Shown: positions 58,581-64,000 of the stretch, in pieces | How positions within the stretch are numbered: position 1 is the first letter of the stretch | Layout: each line of letters begins with the position of its first letter | Source of the DNA: Oceanispirochaeta sp. | GTDB lineage: Bacteria > Spirochaetota > Spirochaetia > DSM-2461 | Assembly: GCA_963666275.2 (NCBI GenBank) | Contig: CAXXOA010000003.1 | Coordinates: 32,001 to 96,000, forward strand | DNA length: 64,000 nucleotides | Direction: 5' to 3' | Position numbers and translations under genes: made by a program | The notes under the pieces: generated by a model | Databases searched by the model: none | What the model saw: the letters and a program-made list of their open reading frames with translations, nothing else | Told to the model about the DNA's origin: nothing

Positions 58581-58973
58581 ATGATGAGGCTCTGTATCGA
58601 TACCAATGCTTATACAGCTCTCATGCTCGGAGAGGATAGAATCCTCAACCTGCTTGAAAATGCGGAGGAAATTCTTATTCCCGTAACAGTTCTGGGAGAA
58701 TTATATGCGGGATTCTATATGGGAAAACAGTTTGAAGAGAATATACGCAGGCTGGAATCCTTTCTTGAAAAACCTGATATCCATATACGCAACCTAACCG
58801 GGGAGGCGGCTTTCCGCTATGGATTTTTAGTGAAGGAATTGAGAGACAATGGAACACCAATTCCCTCAAATGACATCTGGATTGCTGCGACATCGCTGGA
58901 TTCCGGGGCTATCCTCGTGAGCCGGGACAGGCATTTTTCCCGTATCCCGGGCCTTCAGATTCTGGGTTTTTAG
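58581..58973 (+). CDS. vapC: PIN-domain toxin
   Basis: IDTNAY, LGEL, PIPSNDIWIAA, DRHF. Confidence 0.93.
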   Translation: MMRLCIDTNAYTALMLGEDRILNLLENAEEILIPVTVLGELYAGFYMGKQFEENIRRLESFLEKPDIHIRNLTGEAAFRYGFLVKELRDNGTPIPSNDIWIAATSLDSGAILVSRDRHFSRIPGLQILGF

Positions 58974-58986
58974 ACTGGGAACAAAG

Positions 58987-61113
58987 TTAATTTATTATTT
59001 TCAGAGCATTTACAAACACCGTATGGGTCCGGGAGGAGAAACTGGGCAGGGTCGGCTCGGAGGAAGTCAGCACATTGACAGATCCTCCCGTCTCGGTGAG
59101 GCCTGAGTTTTTCTCTGTGAACCGGGGCCATAAGCCCTCATTCAGGCAGAGACAGCCTTTGCGTATATCCTCTGTGATCCTCAAGGGGATCTCCATTGTT
59201 CCAAAAGGGCTGGAGAGGCTGATAGTCTCTCCCTGATGAAGGTTTCTCTCTGCGGCATCTGCGGGATGCATCCAGACAGCCAGGTCCTCCTCCATCCGGA
59301 AGCCTTCCACATTGGCAAACTGGGAGTGAATTCCCTGGAGAGGATGGGGGCTTACAAGAGCCAGTGGATAGTCCCCGGGAATTTCAGGCCCCTCCCTGTG
59401 ATGGGGATAGGCCGGGAAACCTGTTTTTTCATACTCCCGGGAGGCTATTTCAATTCTGCCTGATGGGGTATTGAGGGGGTGTTCCGCAGGATCGGCAATG
59501 AAATCGGAAAGCCCTACTCTCTCCTGGTCTTTTCCCATGAACAGACCGGTGGCTTTGAAATCTTCAGGATCCGGGATCTCGGACTTTTCAAGGAGATGAT
59601 CAAGCCATTCCTCTGCTGACCGGCCTCCGGTGTAGGCCTCTGCAAATCCCAGACGTTCCGCCAGGGCTGTAAATATCTGGTAGTCTGTTCTGATCCCTTC
59701 CGGCGGCTCTACCGCTCTGGAGGACCAGAGAAGGAAGTTCCCCGCCGGTGTGACAATATCGTTTCTTTCAAGAAAAGAGGCTGCAGGGAAGACTATATCG
59801 CACATGGCCATGGTGGGTGTCAGAAAAAAGTCGTGGCCGATGATCAGATCCAGTTTCTGCAGGGCCTGGATGTTTTTCAGGATATCACTGCCCTGACTCA
59901 TCAGGTTGCTGCTTGTAATATAGGCCCCTTTCAGATGGTAGGGACGCCCCTGAAACTGCTGATTCAGGATCACATCCGGCCAGGCGTAAACAGGGAAGGA
60001 GGGATCCGAGTGAGGGACTGCCGGAACGGTCGGGCAGTAGGGGCGGGACATCCTGCCCCAGAACATTCCCCCCGAGGATCCTCCGGGCCTGCCTGTATTT
60101 CCCGTTGCCAGCTGCAGGGCTGCCGTCATGCGGGCCGCTTCCTCTCCGCCCAGGGCGCGCTGCAGTGAGAGTCCCGGCAGGAGCGCCGCCGGTTTGATCC
60201 GGCCGTACATATCCGCAAGCTTTACAATGTCCTTTTCGGGGATTCCGCAGATTTCCGAGGCCCAGGCCGGTGTTCTGGCCACACCGTCGGTCTGGCCTGT
60301 GACATAGGCCTTCAGCTCGGGAAAGCCTATGCTGTATTTTTCGATAAACTGGTGATCCTGCAGGTCATTGCGGATCAGATGGTAGAGGATCGCCGCCATC
60401 AGGGCTGTGTCAGTTCCCGGTTTGATAGGGATCCACCAGGTTCCCATCGTTTTGGCCGTTCTTGTATTCCGGGGATCGATCACAACTACCGGGACTCCCC
60501 GTTTCCGGGCTTCCAGGATTCTGGGGGGCATTTCGCAGCCGAATCGGGTATCCAGGGCGTTATATCCCCAGAGCAGGATCATCTCTGACTGTGCCAGATT
60601 TCCCGCATCCATCCCCGTGTGGGCACTCCCGAAAACATGGGACAGAGCGAAGGATGCGGCCCCGCTGCTGTAGTTGCCTGTTGTTCTGGTGGCTCCGCCC
60701 CAGAGGGTCAGAAACCGGGAGCTGAGTTTGGAACTGTTATGGAAGACTCCCCGGCAGGAGCCGCCGCTTGAAAAGTCCAGCATGGCCTGTGAACCATAAC
60801 GGGCCTGAAATTCCTTGAGCCGGGAAGCCGCCATATCCAGGGCTTCCTCCCAGCTTGCCTCCCGGAAGAGATCCTTTGCCTCTTCGGCGGACCGGAAAGT
60901 TCTGCCCTTTCTCTCCCTGCGTATAAGTGGCTTCAGAAGCCTGTGGGGATGGTTATCCATGTCCATGGCCCTGAATCCCTTCCGGCACCCTTTCATATAG
61001 AGAGAACCGGCGGGATTATTGCTGATGCGGACAACTTTCCCCTCTTCCACATGAGCCAGAAGAGGGCAGCCTCCACCGCAGTCTTTGTTGCACGAAACGG
61101 GAAAGGTTTTCAT
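58987..61113 (-). CDS. Molybdopterin oxidoreductase, DMSO reductase family (DmsA-like), no Tat signal
   Basis: CNKDCGGGC...C.KG FS0 motif, GNYSS, IDPR...T, PGTD.AL, TPSGRIE, H...HSQ. Confidence 0.9.
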   Translation of the reverse strand: MKTFPVSCNKDCGGGCPLLAHVEEGKVVRISNNPAGSLYMKGCRKGFRAMDMDNHPHRLLKPLIRRERKGRTFRSAEEAKDLFREASWEEALDMAASRLKEFQARYGSQAMLDFSSGGSCRGVFHNSSKLSSRFLTLWGGATRTTGNYSSGAASFALSHVFGSAHTGMDAGNLAQSEMILLWGYNALDTRFGCEMPPRILEARKRGVPVVVIDPRNTRTAKTMGTWWIPIKPGTDTALMAAILYHLIRNDLQDHQFIEKYSIGFPELKAYVTGQTDGVARTPAWASEICGIPEKDIVKLADMYGRIKPAALLPGLSLQRALGGEEAARMTAALQLATGNTGRPGGSSGGMFWGRMSRPYCPTVPAVPHSDPSFPVYAWPDVILNQQFQGRPYHLKGAYITSSNLMSQGSDILKNIQALQKLDLIIGHDFFLTPTMAMCDIVFPAASFLERNDIVTPAGNFLLWSSRAVEPPEGIRTDYQIFTALAERLGFAEAYTGGRSAEEWLDHLLEKSEIPDPEDFKATGLFMGKDQERVGLSDFIADPAEHPLNTPSGRIEIASREYEKTGFPAYPHHREGPEIPGDYPLALVSPHPLQGIHSQFANVEGFRMEEDLAVWMHPADAAERNLHQGETISLSSPFGTMEIPLRITEDIRKGCLCLNEGLWPRFTEKNSGLTETGGSVNVLTSSEPTLPSFSSRTHTVFVNALKIIN

Positions 61114-61131
61114 GGCCCTATTCTACAGGCA

Positions 61132-62052
61132 TCAGTCCAGTTTGGCCAGTTCTACCGCTGTTTTTGCCGCGACTCTGGCGTTGTTGAATACAAGCTGAAT
61201 ATTGGAGGCCAGACTGTCGCCGCCGGTGAGTTCGGCTACTTTTGCAAGGAGGAAGGGAGTGGACTCTTTTCCTTTGATTCCTTTGGCATTCATCTCATCC
61301 AGAGCTTCTTCTATGGCCCCGTTTATAACAGATTCATCCATGGCTTTGTCTTCGGGGATCGGGTTGGCAATGACGGCTCCCCCTTTCAGATTCATATCCC
61401 ATTTGGCTTTCAGGGCTCTGGCCAGTTCTTCTTCCGTATCAATCCTGTAATCCACCTGGAAACCGCTCTTTCTTGTATAGAATGCAGGCATCTCTCCGGT
61501 TCCGAACCCGATAACCGGTACCCCGTGGGTTTCCAGATATTCCAGGGTCAGTCCAATGTCCAGAATGGATTTGGCTCCCGCACAGAATACGGCCACATTG
61601 GTGGAAGCCAGCTCCTGCAGGTCTGCGGAGATATCGAAAGTCTCCTGGGCTCCCCTGTGAACTCCCCCGATCCCGCCGGTGGCAAAAATGCTGATTCCCG
61701 CCATGGCGGCAATGATCATGGTCGATGCGACAGTGGTGGCTCCGTCTTTTCCCGAGGCCACAATAAAGGGGATATCTCTCCGGCTGACCTTGGTGACCTC
61801 TGTTCCGGCTCTTCCCAGATAGTCCAGATCCTCCGGCAGGAGTCCCGCTTTCAGGCGTCCTTTCAGAATCGCGATGGTAGCGGGGACCGCTCCGTTCCGG
61901 CGGATGATGTTTTCCACCTCTTTGGCTGTTTCCACATTCTGCGGATAGGGCATTCCGTGGGAAATGATGGTGGACTCCAGAGCCACAACGGGTTTTCCCT
62001 GTTCCAGGGCTTCCTGTACTTCCGGAGTGATATCCAGGTATTTCTTATCCAT
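61132..62052 (-). CDS. psuG: Pseudouridine-5'-phosphate glycosidase
   Basis: [48 protein letters not shown]. Confidence 0.97.
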   Translation of the reverse strand: MDKKYLDITPEVQEALEQGKPVVALESTIISHGMPYPQNVETAKEVENIIRRNGAVPATIAILKGRLKAGLLPEDLDYLGRAGTEVTKVSRRDIPFIVASGKDGATTVASTMIIAAMAGISIFATGGIGGVHRGAQETFDISADLQELASTNVAVFCAGAKSILDIGLTLEYLETHGVPVIGFGTGEMPAFYTRKSGFQVDYRIDTEEELARALKAKWDMNLKGGAVIANPIPEDKAMDESVINGAIEEALDEMNAKGIKGKESTPFLLAKVAELTGGDSLASNIQLVFNNARVAAKTAVELAKLD

Positions 62053-62054
62053 AA

Positions 62055-63152
62055 TCAGTAGTTCTCCTTGATAAATTGATCTATTTTTTCAGCCGAAATA
62101 TTCGGATTGATTGTATTTTCATGGCAGATTGTCAGTCCTGAAGCGGCCAGAGCTTTCTGCAGCCTCAGGGGCAGAGGATCCTTTTCAAGGAGTCCCCAGG
62201 CCAGTCCTGCCAGAAAGGCATCTCCCGCACCGGTCGCATTCACTGGCGGTCCGGGCAGGCGGGGCGGGTTGGGAAGGGATAGGGCTGCCTCTTCCGAGAG
62301 GGAGAAAATCCCTTTGTCATTCAGGCTTATCACTACATTCCTCACGCCTTTTTCCCGGAGTTTCCCGGCGGCCTTCTCCAGGTCCTGTTCGTTTTCTATG
62401 GTCAGCCCGGTCAGAACCTGAGCTTCCATGGCATTGGGTTTGATCGTATGAAGGAAGGGAAGGCTTGCTGTCAGCCGGGATGCTTTGGCAGAAGAGACAG
62501 GGTCGGCAAAAATGGGAATATCCCTGTAGGTCCGGCAGATATAGCTGATCACGTCCTCGGGTATATTCGCATCGAGGACAATCACAGACGCATTGCTCAG
62601 CTGACGGTGACGGCTCTGAATATAGCTGACCGTGAAACTCTCCATGATCTCCATATCCGAAAGGGCCAGGGCCATATCTCCCTTTTCATTCAGGATGGAA
62701 AGATAGGAGGAGGTCCCTTTATCAGGGATGATCAGAATATCGCTCATATCGATTCCGGCCCGGGTGCTCTCTTCTATAAGCTGCTGTCCATGAGAGTCAT
62801 CACCCAGCACTGTAAGGAGCTTCACTTCAGCACCCAACCGGGCCATGTTCTCGGCAATATTCCTGGCCACCCCTCCGCAGGAGACTTTTACCCGGCCCGG
62901 ATTGGAATCCCGGGATATCAGCGGCAGCGAGGGAAAGCCCTGGATATCCATGTTGGACCCCCCGATGACAACGGCATAGGGGGACTTCCTCAGGATATAG
63001 CCCTTACCCTGTATCTGTCCTTTATTGGTCAGATTCATTATATGTCCTGCCACGGATGAGCGGGTTATCCCCAGCTTTTCCGCCAGGTCTTTCTGGGAGA
63101 TCATCGGGTTCTCTTTCAGTATTTCCAGAATTTCCCACTCTCGTTTGGTCAT
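62055..63152 (-). CDS. psuK: Pseudouridine kinase with N-terminal wHTH
   Basis: [41 protein letters not shown]; adjacent to psuG. Confidence 0.9.
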   Translation of the reverse strand: MTKREWEILEILKENPMISQKDLAEKLGITRSSVAGHIMNLTNKGQIQGKGYILRKSPYAVVIGGSNMDIQGFPSLPLISRDSNPGRVKVSCGGVARNIAENMARLGAEVKLLTVLGDDSHGQQLIEESTRAGIDMSDILIIPDKGTSSYLSILNEKGDMALALSDMEIMESFTVSYIQSRHRQLSNASVIVLDANIPEDVISYICRTYRDIPIFADPVSSAKASRLTASLPFLHTIKPNAMEAQVLTGLTIENEQDLEKAAGKLREKGVRNVVISLNDKGIFSLSEEAALSLPNPPRLPGPPVNATGAGDAFLAGLAWGLLEKDPLPLRLQKALAASGLTICHENTINPNISAEKIDQFIKENY

Positions 63153-63170
63153 GGATCGTCCTTATTTACG

Positions 63171-63209
63171 ATGCAAACAAATGTTTGTATATCTAACATA
63201 TGTTTGTAT
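63171..63209. promoter_or_regulatory. Tandem dyads caaaca-aa-tgtttg and aaca-ta-tgtt (putative PsuK-HTH operator)
   Basis: Two related palindromes 20 bp apart, immediately upstream of psuK. Confidence 0.6.
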
Positions 63210-63333
63210 TTTTAATGATTTTCCGGAAATAATCAAGATCCTTTAACGGCATAAGGAACTTTTGTAATCACTCTTTTCATTTCCTATAATTGTAGATAGT
63301 TCCTGTCTTTCTCAATGCATTTCTGGAGGATAA

Positions 63334-64000
63334 ATGAGTTACAGGCAGAAAATCCCATGGGTGTTTCTCATTGCTCTCATCCTGTCTACAGGGATAAATC
63401 TGTCCGGGCAGGAGGGGGCTGAGCTGACTCAGGAAGAGGCCCGGTGGCTCAGAGAGGAGCACACCGTTCGCATCAGAATTGGGGACTGGCCGCCTTTCAT
63501 GATCTATGAAGAGGGAGATATCAGCGGGATTTCCATTGATTTTATTGAGGACATATTCCATTACTACGATATCGATTTTGAATATATAAGCCCGGAAGTC
63601 TATACCTGGTCGGAGGCTCTGGAATCCCTAGCTTCCCGGGAGGATATTGATCTTCTGCCCACAGCCAAGATTACAGAGGAACGGTCCCGTCAGATGCTGT
63701 TTTCCCGGGAGTATATTTCTCCCCCCTGGGTGATTTTTACAAGGAAAGACTCTCCGGCTGTGCAGGGAATTCAGGATCTCAGCGGCAAAACCCTGTCGGT
63801 TCAGTACGGTTACTATATGCACGATCTGCTCAAAAAGGATTACCCGGATATCCATCTGCGGGTTTATGACGGTCCGACTTCCACCCTGGACAGTCTCAAG
63901 GCTCTGGCTGTGGGGGAGGTGGATGGTTTTGTAGGAAACCTGGCCACAGGGAGCTATCTTATAAATCAGGAGCACCTGTATGACCTGAAGGTCGCTGCCC
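63334..64000 (+). CDS. PBPb/SBP_bac_3 (BvgS-like) periplasmic sensor domain protein, 3' end outside window
   Basis: Not in the ORF track. GGAGG then ATG gives MSYRQKIPWVFLIALILS...ELTQEEARWLREEHTVRIRIGDWPPF...GISID, open to the window end. Confidence 0.8.
   Translation, partial: MSYRQKIPWVFLIALILSTGINLSGQEGAELTQEEARWLREEHTVRIRIGDWPPFMIYEEGDISGISIDFIEDIFHYYDIDFEYISPEVYTWSEALESLASREDIDLLPTAKITEERSRQMLFSREYISPPWVIFTRKDSPAVQGIQDLSGKTLSVQYGYYMHDLLKKDYPDIHLRVYDGPTSTLDSLKALAVGEVDGFVGNLATGSYLINQEHLYDLKVAA

Noticed and set aside
63277..63975. Two minus-strand ORFs at the window end
   Set aside because: Antisense to an open + strand PBPb-domain gene from 63334, which the track missed because it has no stop in the window.
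1..64000. CRISPR array, rRNA or tRNA genes
   Set aside because: No regularly spaced repeats or cloverleaf/rRNA signatures in the short intergenic regions.

Overview
Gene-dense chromosomal window of an anaerobic bacterium, probably a free-living spirochaete (Spirochaetaceae). This is an inference from the recurrent 'FA(E/N)GQxE'-type signal peptides on solute-binding proteins and a Tpp15-like FMN-binding protein. I found no rRNA, tRNA, CRISPR array, integrase or transposase. Positions ~4-48.7 kb form a regulator-rich catabolic block with six modules: (i) a phenyllactate-type 2-hydroxyacyl-CoA dehydratase cluster (fldI-B-C, permease, fldA, divergent CoA ligase) with no fldH, acdA or etf; (ii) a FAD / CCG-Fe-S / FAD oxidoreductase trio; (iii) an orphan URO-D/methyltransferase-fold gene with a TetR; (iv) a MerR gene followed by an activating enzyme, a 797-aa glycyl radical enzyme (GRE) with an atypical GCLD thiyl loop, and a MatC/SLC13-type carboxylate carrier, all behind a textbook 19-bp-spacer MerR promoter; (v) a sigma54-controlled operon with a two-SBP tripartite tricarboxylate transporter (TTT), three hydrolases and a DUF3237 protein; (vi) a glucarate/galactarate pathway with a DapA-family enzyme in place of GarL. 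The best candidate for an undescribed system is the GRE operon, possibly working with the neighbouring aryl-acid and ester modules. The flanks carry housekeeping and accessory genes: mtlD, sua5, arsR-arsP, an MCP with a periplasmic CZB domain, a tandem flavinylation-motif protein, vapBC, and psuKG plus a Mo enzyme. All family assignments come from motifs recognised by eye and need database confirmation.
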